From contig NC_043020.1 of NCBI RefSeq assembly GCF_006345805.1, positions 5,828,001-5,892,000 on the forward strand: a DNA stretch of 64,000 nucleotides. Reading direction: 5' to 3'. Below, in pieces: positions 1 to 11,757 of the stretch. Source of the stretch: Octopus sinensis. Its lineage: Eukaryota. Below the pieces are notes generated by a model, which ran no database searches, was not told where the DNA came from, and saw only the letters and a program-made list of their open reading frames with translations. The translations under genes and the position numbers were made by a program. Positions within the stretch are counted from its first letter, which is position 1. Every line of letters begins with the position of its first letter.

Positions 1-1
1 A

Positions 2-291
2 TTAGTTTAGAAAATAACGAAGAATTTTGTAAAATAAATTTGTCATTCTTAAGCTGGTGATGGGAACAGAAATTGGTATGAAATTTAAACGGAAATGTTT
101 AACTTTAACCATTTCCTTACGAATTTCTATTGAAATACACTGTTTCTTAGTTAATTTAGAAAATAAGGAAAAATTTAGGAAAATAACTTTGGCATTATTA
201 AACTGAGAATTGGAACATAATGCAACTTGAAATTTATATAGATAATCTGGAGTATAACCAGCCGAAATTGCAATGATAATCTGGAACTTGA
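2..291 (-). CDS. Terminal exon, probable TIR domain C-terminal half (IL-1R/TLR-like); gene may be a pseudogene
   Basis: Strong minus-strand acceptor ttttctttcctcAG (AG at 293-292), then 96 open codons to TAA in very AT-rich DNA. Translation (V)KFQIIIAISAGYTPDYLYKFQVALC...KVIFLNF...NLFYKILRYFLN* resembles TIR betaC-alphaC-betaD and box 3 (SRRxIxVxSxxY..WCxYEFxxA..KLIxI..FWxxLRYAL). Similarity judged by eye only. Confidence 0.45.
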
Positions 292-415
292 CTGAGGAAA
301 GAAAACTCTGAATGACCTGTCCTTGTTTTCTTTGCATCATCTATCTGGATGTTTTGTTGTCCCTTTTTTTGTATCACCTAACTGTCTAGATGTTTTGCAT
401 TCTTGTCCCATTTTG

Positions 416-455
<40 letters not shown>

Positions 456-468
456 ATACACACTTATG

Positions 469-544
<76 letters not shown>

Positions 545-1056
545 TATATATGTACATATACAGTATTGGTCAAAAGTCACCCGACTGTAAATCAAAATTC
601 CATAAATACTTAATATTCAATTATAAATATTTAATAATTGAATGCTTTGAGTTAAAAATCACCGGTTTTTTTTTTTTTTTTTTCAAAATTTATCTATTCA
701 TTAGTGAAGTCTCATATAAAATAACTTGACATTTTAATCTTGGAATCAAATATATATATCTTGGAATTAGGTATGTATGTATGTATATGTATATACATGT
801 ATATAAATGTATATGTGTGTTGTGTATATATGTATACACACAGATATGTATGTGTAATGTATATGTACGTGTGTGTGTGTGTATATATATGAAGGAGAAT
901 AAATTTATTTTACTTGTTTCAGTCATTTGGTTGTGGTCATGCTGGAGCACCACCTTATATCCAGTTTTACTCAGTAGTTAATTACTTGTTTTCGTTTCTA
1001 CAGCAATTAACTAACTAATTGCACACTGCAAAATTTGCATCTTTATGTGCACTTAC

Positions 1057-1267
1057 CGTTAGTTGCCAATTCTTCAGGGTGGAATCAACCACATTGAAGA
1101 AGTGGTAACTCTCAATAACAGCACATGCAGATGCAAATTTTGCAGCGTGCATCAGTTAACTGGTGCAGAAACATGTCTAGGTGCAGAAATGGAGACAAGT
1201 AAGAAACTGCTTAACAAAACTGGATATAAATCTTTATTGTTTTATTATAAAGTCATTGTTTTCTCTA
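1057..1267 (-). pseudogene. Candidate disrupted upstream exon of the TIR-like gene
   Basis: Bounded by ttttccAG| and |GTAAGT on the minus strand (211 nt). No frame is fully open. Fragments AVSYLSPFLHLDMFLHQLTDARCKICIC (betaA/betaB-like spacing) and FFNVVDSTLKNWQLT recall the N-terminal half of a TIR domain. Confidence 0.25.
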
Positions 1268-1692
1268 CTGGAAAAATTCAGTCTCTTTAAAGACAAATGG
1301 ATTAGCAAGGATGAAGATAGACTGAGGTTAGTAAATCAAACTAACTAAAGTTTTTTTATACATTCACAGAGGTTAGCCAGCATTAATAACTGGTACATGT
1401 GACTACAGGTCCCACTTGGATTTTATATCTCTACCATGCACACACACACACACACATAGGTCTATGTATAAACATATGCATGTATATATATGTGTGTGTG
1501 TGTGTGTGCGTGTGTGTGTGTGCATTTATATATATGTGTATATAGACGTATAAACATCTATATACACATTAAGCAACACTAATAATAAATCAAAAAACAT
1601 AAGAATAAACAAGATTTTGATGGTTTTATAGATATTTCAAAATTATGATGCTAGGTGTTTCCATTATTTTGTCCAATCCCTGTATACACATA

Positions 1693-1730
<38 letters not shown>

Positions 1731-2000
1731 CTCCCTAAAAGAAATGTTAGACATAAAAGCATCGGATGTGGTGCACAAGAGAGACGACTGCGCTGGTATG
1801 GTCATGTGCTGCATATGGATGAGGTTAGCTGTATGAAGAAGTGTCACACCCTAACAATGGAAGGGAACCTGTGGAAGAGGGAGACCCAGGATGACATGAT
1901 ATGAGGTGGGGAAGCACGACCTTCGAACATTGGGCCTCACAGACGCAATGACATTAGACCAAGACCTTTGCTATGATTGAGAACACCTGGCAGGTAAAGT
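1731..2000 (+). mobile_element. Decayed RTE-clade LINE RT C-terminal fragment
   Basis: Frameshifted QERRLRWYGHVLHMDE...GRGRPR...KHDLRTLGL; same family as 35885-37010. Confidence 0.85.
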
Positions 2001-2035
2001 AAGATTACAGCTGTAGCCTATACCAATGTTGCATA

Positions 2036-2404
2036 ACTTAATGTGACAGTCCCATGAAGGGAATCATACTACTGCTATTTAGCCCTAGGAAGCAGCAACG
2101 AGATAGTTAGGAATGTAATATTTCTATTTTTGTAATCAGTGAATGTATTTCACTGGAATTCTTATATATTTGCAAAGGCTAGAGAAGCATCTCCAACTAG
2201 CAGGCTATGCTACCCCAGACTGATGATGAGCAAAAACTCAGAAACTAGTCTCTGGATGCAGGCTTAGCTGGGTGGAGGTGCTTATCTCCCCCTTGCAAAC
2301 ATAAGGACACAGGAAATGTGTCAAGGCCGACAGGATGCGTTGCTGCTTCCTAGGGCTAAATAGCAGTGGTGTGATTCCCTTCATGGGACTGCCACATTAA
2401 GTTG
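2036..2404. mobile_element. Fold-back element (about 65-bp inverted arms) enclosing the hammerhead; Penelope pLTR-like
   Basis: 2036-2100 aacttaatgtgacagtcccatgaagggaatc...ggaagcagcaacg is the near-perfect reverse complement of 2338-2404. Confidence 0.65.
2215..2255 (+). ncRNA. Type I hammerhead ribozyme motif
   Basis: ccaga CTGATGA tgag-caaaaa-ctca GAAA ctag TC tctgg: stem I ccaga/tctgg, intact core, stem II tgag/ctca, palindromic stem III ACTAGT, GUC cleavage triplet. Confidence 0.8.
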
Positions 2405-2809
2405 ACAATATACAACTACTTTATCATACCACTACTACATAAATCTCTCTGAGATATTTAGAAATGTATTATTTCTATTCATGTATGTATGTATGTATGT
2501 ACATATATATATATATACAAACACACACACACACACATATATACATTTATATTCATATATATATATATACACACACATATACATTTATATATAATTTATA
2601 TATACATTTATATATACTTTTCATCATCATTTAACGTCCGCTTACCATGCTAGCATGGGTTGGACGATTTGACTGAGGTCTGGCGAACCAGACTCCATAT
2701 ACATATATATATATACACACACATGTATGCATACATATATATATGCACATTTACACACATATATACATATATACACACGCGTACATATATACAAACATAC
2801 ATATACATG

Positions 2810-2857
<48 letters not shown>

Positions 2858-3025
2858 AAACAATTGTACCGATATATTGATCCATTCTTGTTGCTTTTTT
2901 CCTATTTGTAATCACCCCACTTTGTCGTATGGTTAACACCATATAGATTTCCGGTGCATCCAAGTCAAGTACCATATTCATGTGAATTCAATAGAACTCA
3001 CTTGAATCTTAATTGCTTAAACCGT

Positions 3026-3066
<41 letters not shown>

Positions 3067-4261
3067 TATTATGCACGCAAATAAAATGTGAGTTGTTCTT
3101 TTACATTTGAGATATGTGTGTGTATGAGTGTGTGTACATGTGTGTATATTTACACATACATGTATTTATAATCAGCCTCTATGTCTATATACCTTCCTCC
3201 GTTACTCAAAATTTGTCTCAGTGAACTGTGAGCTCCGGTCTTATCTGGCAATGTTTCTACAGCTGGATGCCCTTCCTAACGTCAACCACTCCGTGAGTGT
3301 AGTGGGTGCTTTTTTACGTGCCACCTGCACTGGTGCCAGGCGAGGTTGGCATCGGCCACGGTCAGATTGGCGCATTTTACGTGCCACCTGCACGGAAGCC
3401 AGTCGAGGCGGCACTGGCTTCGGCCACGATTCGGATGGTGCTTCTTAGGTGCCACCGACACGGAAGCCAGTCGAGGCGGCGCGAGCATCGGCCACGATTC
3501 GGATTAAATATATATATAAGAATGGCCAAGGGTTGAGCAAAAGATTAGCAAACATTTTCTTTTTCTCTTGGAAACCATCTCAGAGAAACAGCCTAAGAAT
3601 ACCTTGGTGTACAACACTTCACGGAATAATAACAGAAGGGCAGACTCCCTCATTGAATTTGTCCCTCTTGGAAACAAGGAGATGTGACTTCAGGGAAATA
3701 TTTTGCTGCTGTTTCTAACAAGCTGAAGTATTATTTATTTATTTATTTATTTTTTTTTTTATTTATTTAGTTTCAGCTCACAAGCTGTGGCCATGCTGGG
3801 GCTCACTTTCTAAATCTCTTCAGTGGCTGGCTGGCTTGCTTGGATTGGCTCAATAAGATTTTTATATGACTGACTTCACGTTCATCCGGCATCGAGTGCA
3901 CTTTTCCTTTTTTAGTTATGTGGTCATGGCAATCACCCCTCCTCAAAAATACACTTAACTCTCACTCGCCCTCTTTGCCTCACTCACTCTCTTTGCCTCA
4001 CTCACCCTCTTTGCCCCACTCGCTCTTTGTTTCACTTGCTCTCTTTGCCTCAATTGCTCTCTTTGTCTCACTCTTTCTCTCTGAGTCTCTCTCTCTCTCA
4101 CCACATCCTGCTTACTGTCCTGTCCTCATTTCTAACATCAAAAGCTCCGGCTTCTTTTGTGACAAAAACCTGTCCTTGCTGTCTTGACTTCTTGGCTTAC
4201 AAGAGAATATAACGAAATGACACCCATTACAAAATAAATAAATAAATTAATTAATAATAAA

Positions 4262-5090
4262 TAATAAATGCCCTGATTCAGTACCAGACAGTGGCTCTCA
4301 TGGCTTCTGATCTTCACTGATTGGAAGCCATGATGGGTATATTGGATTTCATATATTTTACCCCAGTATCACTTTGATGGCATTCACTGCTCTCTTACTC
4401 AATAATAATAATAATAATAATAATAAATGCCCTGATGCAGTACCAGACAGTGGCTCTCATGGCTTCTGATCTTAACTGATTGGAAGTGTTATCATGTACA
4501 TTGTTTGTCTTGGTATAAAAAATGGGCTATAGGAAATATTTTGCTTAATACCAATGCCTTGATGCAGTACTGGTTCTCACAGCTTCTGATCTTAACTGAT
4601 CAGAAGTGTTATCATGTACTTTTTGGTATAAAAATATGGGCCAAAGCAAATATTCTGCTCAGTATCAGATTTGCTTGTCAGTTGTTTGACTGTAACCAGT
4701 TGAGTATGTCCCTTGGTGGATGACAATACGTGCATCCTTGATCATGAGCAGAAGTAGTGGGGGAGCATCATAGCCATGTGTTGAGAGGGATTCTGTGGAG
4801 CTTGAATAATTCAACTCTGGATTTTCGTTCAACATCCTTAAACAACCCTTATTAGGGACCTTTTCAGTGAGATGGGCCACTTGAAGAAAATTCTAACTGG
4901 GCTCCACCTGCAAGGTCATGCATTGTTATTCTTGATATGAGATCACCATGTCGTGCACATATGGTTGTGATGTATGAGCTAGTGTACTCTTATCAGACGG
5001 GTAGTCATGATGGGTATACTGGGCTTTGTATATTTGTACCCAGGTGTCACTTTGATGGCATGCACTCAATAATAATAATAATAATAATAA
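4262..5090. repeat. Interspersed repeat with internal tandem core, bounded by (AAT)n
   Basis: The unit aaatgccctgat(t/g)cagtac...gcttctgatctt(c/a)actgat recurs at about 4267, 4426 and 4552. The end motif cactttgatggca...ctcaataataa occurs at about 4370 and 5047. Confidence 0.6.
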
Positions 5091-5429
5091 TTTCAATTTT
5101 TGGCCCAGGGAATTTCAAGAGTGGGTCCATTACATTGACCCCAGTGGTCAACTGGTATTTATTCTATTGACTCCAAGAGGATGAAAGGCAAAGTCTACCT
5201 TGGTGGAATTTGCACTATGAATGTAAAGACGGATGGAATGCTACTAAGCATTTTCTGTGGCATTGCTAATAATAAGTCTCAAATTTTTGCCACAAAGCTG
5301 GGGACATAAACACACCAGCATTGGTTTTCAAGCGATGGTGGGGGAACACACACACACACATACACACACGACAGGTTTCTTTCTGTTTTCGTCTATCAAA
5401 CCCACTCACTGGGCTTTTGTTGGTTGTGT

Positions 5430-6950
5430 GTTTCTTTCGATTAATTTTAAATATAACATAGATTTTAATAAAATAACTTAGTTATCATTAAGCTAGTGTT
5501 AGGAACATAAATTGTGACTAAAGGTTTGGTGGAAGATTTTAATTAAAAACTTATGGAAACAAGACATTTGTACAACAGAGCCAGAGGTGGTTTCAGCCAG
5601 GTTGGTATCAAATGGGTTAAGAGAAGCTATTTAAGAAAGGAAGAATGATTTTATTGCTGTTGAGGTCATCTTCACCTTTCATATCTTCAACATCAATACT
5701 AATGGGACCTGTGGAAATTCTACAGGGTGAAAAAGATTAACCCTTTTGTTACCACATTTCTGTTGAGATGCTCTGGGTCTCTTCCAATTAATTTTAAATA
5801 TAACAAAGAATTTAGTAACATATCTTAGTTATCATTAAACTAGTGTTAGGAACATAAATTGTGATTAAGTTAGTTAGTTAGTTAATTTGGTTCAAAAGCA
5901 AATAGCAAGGCCATGTAGGAGGACATGGAGTCAAGTACAGGGTGGTGTTCATGTAAAGAGTTCAGGCCACTTGAGGTCCAGGGAGGCTTTGAACAAAGCG
6001 GTCGTCGGCATCTTTACCATCTCGTCTGGCAGCTTGTTCCACGGATCCGCAACCCGGACGGAGAAAGCTCCTCTCCTTCGATTGAGATGAAATCGTCGCA
6101 GGTAGAGCTTTTCGGAATGACCCCGCAGCCGACGCTCTGGAGCAGGAGTGAAGAACAGCTCTTTCGAGAGGTTACACTTTCCGCTTATGATGTTGTGGGC
6201 GAGAATGAGATCACTACGGCGGCGGCGTTTTTCAAGAGAATAAAGGTCGAGCGTCCTCAGCCTTTCTTTGTAGGACAAATTTTTGAGACCATGAACCATG
6301 CGGGTAGCCAGCTTCTGGACTCTTTCGAGATGCTGTATGTCTTTGAGGAGATAAGGAGAAGAGGCTTGAATCCCATACTCCAATATGGGTCTCACCAGCG
6401 TGACATAGAGTGGTAGGAATATGGCTGCTGTGAGCATTCCGAATGACCGTCGAATCAAGAACAGAATTCCGCGTGCTTTGTTGGCAGCATGGACGCACTG
6501 GGCCGAAGGCGAAAAGGAGGAATCCACCAAGATACCCAGGTCCTTTACCTGATCGGTCCTCTCCAGCAGCAGACGACCCGACTCGAAATCAAGTTGAGTT
6601 GCAGGAGTAGAGATGACAGCACTTTGACACGTTCAGACACAGGTCCCAATCGTTAGACCACTTCCAAATTTGGTGGAGGCATCGACGAAGATCCTCTATA
6701 TTACCGCGAGGAGCGACCAGTTTGATATTAAGGTTTGGTCGAATATTTTAATTCAGAACTTATGAAAACAAGACATTTGTACTACAGAGTCAGAGGTGGT
6801 TTCAGCCAGGTTGATAATGAAAGGGTTAAGAGAAGCTATTTAAGAAAGAAAGAAAGAATGATTTTATTGCTGCTGAGGTCATCTTCACCTTTCATATCTT
6901 CAACATCAATACTAATGGGACCTGTGGAAATTCAACAGAGTGAAAATGAT
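5430..6950. mobile_element. Tandem piggyBac-like MITE + spacer array, interrupted by a CR1 LINE
   Basis: TTAA|CCCTTT at 5737-5746, AAAGGG|TTAA ending at 6829, and a previous copy ending at 5620. The same 116-bp spacer follows each MITE. Confidence 0.7.
5870..6728 (-). mobile_element. 5'-truncated CR1-clade LINE (RT C-terminus plus (TAAC)n tail)
   Basis: ORF 5949-6530: LYVTLVRPILEYG..SSPYLLKDIQHLERVQKLATRMV..LSYKERLRTLDLYSLEKRRRRSDLI..FSVRVADPWNKLP. Homology extends upstream to (D)IKLVAPRG. Flanked by TAAG direct repeats (5866-5869 and 6729-6732). Confidence 0.93.
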
Positions 6951-7122
6951 TAATAATTGTAAGCTGATTACATTGACCTGAGTCCTCAGCACATCTCCCT
7001 TGCTATTCTCCAGGATAACGACCTTTTCCATTTTGTCTGCTGGGGCCATGAGAAATGTGTCTATATTGTGAATGGATTTGGTGGACAGAGGTTGGTAAAA
7101 AGTCCGTCATATATACATATAT

Positions 7123-7450
7123 GAAGGCACATGGCTCAGTGGTTAGAGCGTGGGACTCGCAATCATGTGGCAGTGAGTTTGATTCCTGGACCGGGCTGTG
7201 TGTCGTGTCCTTGAGCAAGACACTTTATTTTCAAGTTGCTTCAGTTCACTCAGCTGTAGAAATGGGTTGCTGCGTCACTGGTGCCAAGCTGTTTCGGACC
7301 TTTGCCTTTCCCTCGGATAACATCAGTGGTGTGGAGAGAGGAGGCCGGTATGTGTGGGCGCCTGCTGGTCTTCCATAAAACAACCTTGTCTGGACTTGTA
7401 CCTCGGAGGGAAACTTCCTAGGTGCAATCCTAATGTTATTTATGACCATG
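7123..7450 (+). mobile_element. tRNA-headed SINE (family C-related)
   Basis: A-box TGGCTCAGTGG and B-box-like GTTTGATTCC, followed by a repeat body whose 3' part recurs at 26030-26370. Confidence 0.7.
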
Positions 7451-7463
7451 AGATTATACATAC

Positions 7464-7497
<34 letters not shown>

Positions 7498-7542
7498 ATA
7501 TATGTGTGTGTGTGTGTATATATGTGTGTGTATATGTGTATA

Positions 7543-7585
<43 letters not shown>

Positions 7586-7599
7586 ATGATGATGATGAT

Positions 7600-7802
7600 A
7601 TATATGAGTATGTTGGACCGTTAGCTCCTACACGCATTTTTTTTCTCTCCTTGTTTTTTTCTGTGTATCTTTCTGTCGAAGAGCGTAGGCTCGAAACGTA
7701 AAAAACTTGTTTTATTTCTATTCCTGAGCGCCATACTAATACAATTGTTTGTTTGTACTCCACCTGCCTTCGTCTTTTGTTTATTTTCGTAAACCTTCCT
7801 GT
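7600..7802 (+). mobile_element. About 200-bp element in (TA)n with a hammerhead-like motif (second copy at 32240-32445)
   Basis: Near-identical copies at two loci, both flanked by TA repeats. Motif tcttt CTGTYGA A gagc-gtag-gctc GAAA cg TA aaa(g)a. Confidence 0.6.
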
Positions 7803-9003
7803 TATATATATATATATATATAATAGTGGGATAGGCCGGTTTATGGGGTTACCCTTGGTTTCTCAGGGTAACCCCATAAACCATCATACCCCACTATAAT
7901 ATTAAGTGTTCTACATCATAGAGTGTGCTTCTCCTCTGGATTTATGTATTTCTACAAACTACACATATATTTATATATATATATATATACTGACTGAAAC
8001 TATCCTTTTTATCAACTCTGAATTGAGGAAAGGCAAAGTCGACCTTCACAGGATTTGAACTCAGAACATAAAGATGGCTGGATTGCTGCTATGCATTTTC
8101 CCCAGCTCGCTGCTTTTAGATTTCCATACATCGTTAACATAGAACTTCCACCAACCGTATTGCCTGACTGGAGGAGGACAGCGAGTTCCTGGCAACAAAG
8201 ACATCACACTTCTGGTTTATTTTTCTTTAAACACATTTTAATTATGCAAGTCCAAGATACACAATGTTTGAATAAAAAACTGGGATGGTCTCCACTAGAA
8301 TACCCATTATTCATAGCAATTCGGTTGGACCTGGGTTGATTGAGCTAAACAGTAGTATTCACAGACATTTAGTTCATTTGATGCAGGAGTGTTTTCTTAT
8401 GTATATGTGTATTCTTTGTCAAACTGCTCTGAACTTAATGTTCTATTTATTTTACTTCAGAAGGAGATGTTTCATTTTTGTGGTTTCAATCTGTTTGACA
8501 ACATTCCTTAACTTCATCCTCAGAAAGGATGGTAAATTTAATCCCTTCTTCTCAAAACTGCTCGCCTGCCTGCTTCCTGTTTCTTAAATTTATAAGTCAT
8601 CGCCTCCATCTACAACAAGGTTGGAAATTATCCAGCACACATGAATCTGTCAAGTCTTTGGGTGTGTATGTTTTAAGTAGTATAAATTACAAGTCTACCA
8701 ATCATCATCATCATCATTTAGCGTCCGTTCTCCATGCTAGCATGGGTTGGACAGTTCAACTGGGGTCTGTGAAGCTGGAAGGCTTCATCAGATCTGGCAG
8801 TGTTTCTACGGCTGGATGCCCTTCCTAACGCCAACCACTCCGTGAGTGTAGTGGGTGCTTTTTACGAATAAATAGATAAAAAATTTTTTTTGCTATTTTC
8901 CCCAAGCTTTTTTTTTCTCAGATTTATGTTTAAAAAAAATGGTGTTAGGCAGTTTTTTTTGTTTTTGGCTGAATCATAATCCCAGACATTTAAAATATCT
9001 CTC

Positions 9004-9202
9004 TCTTTACTCTTTTACTTGTTTCAGTCATTTCACTGCGGCCATGCTGGAGCACCGCCTTCTAGTCGAGTAAATCGACCCCAGGACTTATTCTTTGTAA
9101 GCCTAGTACTTATTCCATCAGTCTCTTTTGCTGAACTGCTAAGTTACGGGACGTAAACACACCACCATCGATTGTCAAGCAATGGTGGGAGGACAAACAC
9201 AG

Positions 9203-9233
<31 letters not shown>

Positions 9234-9351
9234 CATATATACGACGGGTTTCTTTCAGTTTCCGTCTACCAAATCCACTCACAAAGCTTTGGTCGGCCCA
9301 AGGCTATAGTAGAAGACACTTGCCCAAGGTGCCACGCAGTGGGACTGAATC
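9004..9351 (-). mobile_element. tRNA-derived SINE family A
   Basis: Body and (GAGTAAAA) tail match the full copies at 20772-21145 and 46972-47390; the head is truncated. Confidence 0.85.
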
Positions 9352-10289
9352 TAAAAATAAAAATCTTGAAGAAAGTCAAAACTGAGAAATTAAAAAAAAA
9401 CATGGAAGCTATACCTCACTTTTCTCCTAATTCGCAACGCTACTACAGGTTTGAGGGGAGGGGGCTCTTGTTAATTTCCGACTCTATTCTACAGGAATAC
9501 CGATAAATACGATTGTTATCTTAGGCAGGGTTGATTATGAGAGGGGGATCATATGTTTTGAATCTTCCAAATGGAAAACTGAAAATGTAAATATAATAAA
9601 AACAATCAGATAAACATAGAAATGCAAAAATTCCTTGAGTTGAAGTGAAGCTTAATTTAAAATGTTGCAAATGTTATATTAACGGATGTGTAGTAGATAT
9701 TGTAAGAGATTCTATTTCCTGGAGATTAAAACTTCCCATAGAAACAGTTACATTCATCAACAGGACGAATAAGTTTCAGGATGTTGGACTAAATTTGCAT
9801 AAAAATAAGATGTGTAATTTCCTAGGTGTCGCTTTGTAGTAAGGAGTGTGCTTTCCAACTACATGGTTCTGGGTTCAATCCCATCGCACAGCACTTTCGG
9901 CAATTGTCTTGTGCAGTGTCCTCGGGTCAACCAAAGCCTTTGTTAATGAATTTGCTATACAGAAAGTGTAAGAAGCCCATCTCTCTCTCTTTCTTTCTCA
10001 CACACACGCACACACAGATATATAAATAAATTAATAGATGAGTGTATTTTTCCTTTGTTAACAATTAACACAGAAAAAATAATAATTAATAGCGTTCAGT
10101 TAATCACTATACATATCCATCATTTTCTGTTAAAATGTCTTCTTGACGAGTTTCATTTTTTCACTTCCCTGAAGAGAAGATTACATTGTTTTACACCATT
10201 TTATTCCTTTGGAACAATACCAATGATATCTTTGAAACATGTGTTGGAAGTAAAAGTATTTGAATTATACATGCGTTAAACTCCATTTA

Positions 10290-10327
<38 letters not shown>

Positions 10328-11204
10328 AAAGAGGGTTTGAAAATGCATAGGTCTTTTAAAGATGTTCATTGACTTGACTGGTTTCACTTTTTTTTTAAAT
10401 AAGATTTTGAAAAGTAATAAACATCTTTAAAAGAACTGTGTTTTCAAATTCTCTTTTCTGTATATTTTCACTCGTGCAGTACCTAGCAAATTTAATTTGT
10501 TATATGTGTGTGTGTGTGTTTTTTTTTTTTTTGTCTTTCTGCCTGTGTTTGTCATATATCTAATATGATAAATGCAAAAGCTAATTTCTGTGTCAGTGAG
10601 TTACACTTTGACCCCTCCCCTCTCACTATTCAATGACACTTCTACTATTCCTCATGCTGGGGTTAGAGTAATAGTAGGCATATAGATGGGGAGAGAAAGA
10701 GACGAAGAAATTTAGGGAGAGTTGATATTAATAGTAGTAATGTTGAAGGTGGCAATGGGAGTAATAAGGGAGAGAAAGAGTGGGTATGTGAAAGAAAGGG
10801 GGAGATGATGTGCAACTTTGCTTAACCATGTCTCTTTGACAGGAAATTCCTGAATACTGTTATTTTTGTTTTATTTCTTCATTTCTTTAATGCATATATA
10901 TATATATATATATATATTCACACACATACACGCATATTTATAAAATACACACTAATTGAAATATAGTTTCCTTAAAATTAAACATATCTAATATGATAAA
11001 CGTGTTTATTATCATCAACAACTCAGTCATTATCCCTTATCTTCTTCTTCTTGAATATAAACTATGGTTTATATACAAACCTATTATTTTAGGATATTAA
11101 TTCCCCCTAAAAATATTAGATATTAAACCAGTATTTTCTTGGATGACACCATCGCTTCGTGAGAGGCAACCATAACTTCTAAGTGAATTATATATATATA
11201 TCAC

Positions 11205-11500
11205 CGTGACCGACCAGGCTATCAGATGTTGCTACACATCGCTGGTCACAATGCGCTTCGCATTGTTTTAGCCTTCAAATGACGCCACCCCACTGGCTAA
11301 GTGAGCAGGCCAACAGAAGAAAGAGAGAAAGTTGTGGCGAAAGAGTACAGCAGGAATCGCTACCACCCCCTGCTGGAGCCTCGTGGAGCTATAGGTGCTT
11401 TCACTCAATAAACACTCACAACGCCCGGTCTGGGAATCGAAACCGCGATCCTATGACCGCAAGTCCGCTGCTCTAACCACTGGGCCATTGTGGCTCCACA
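11205..11500 (-). mobile_element. tRNA-derived SINE family C (other copies 25495-25797 and 23650-23930)
   Basis: Minus-strand head ..AATGGCCCAGTGGTTAGAGCAGCGGACT..GGTTTCGATTCCC (A and B boxes); near-identical copy at 25495-25797. Confidence 0.8.
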
Positions 11501-11726
11501 TATATATATAACAAATGGTTGTTAAAGGTTCTTGTATGTTCTATTTTCCATCCTTGTCGTTTGTTATATACCCAATGGACACTGAGGAATTTCCTGAGGT
11601 AGATCCAGCAACAGTTGTGTAAATACCCTGAAGGATATCAGGTTGCCATAGGGAGTGAATGTGCTTCACCAGCTAACTACATACCCAATGTTTAATGTGT
11701 ATGTGTGTTTATGAATATATATATAT

Positions 11727-11756
<30 letters not shown>

Positions 11757-11757
<1 letters not shown>

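Noticed and set aside
323-981. Many ORFs of YIYI/HTHT/CVCV type here and throughout the window
   Set aside because: Translations of (TA)n, (CA)n and (TG)n microsatellites, which lack stop codons.
1063-1290. Plus-strand ORF with a plausible AG..GTAAG exon (GGINHIEEVV..)
   Set aside because: No recognisable protein and no compatible neighbouring plus-strand exons; overlaps the minus-strand candidate.
5925-6416. 163-aa plus-strand ORF
   Set aside because: Antisense shadow of the CR1 RT.
7123-7200. tRNA-like sequences (also 11420-11500, 20772-20845)
   Set aside because: SINE heads: no complete cloverleaf or acceptor stem, and they continue into repeat bodies.
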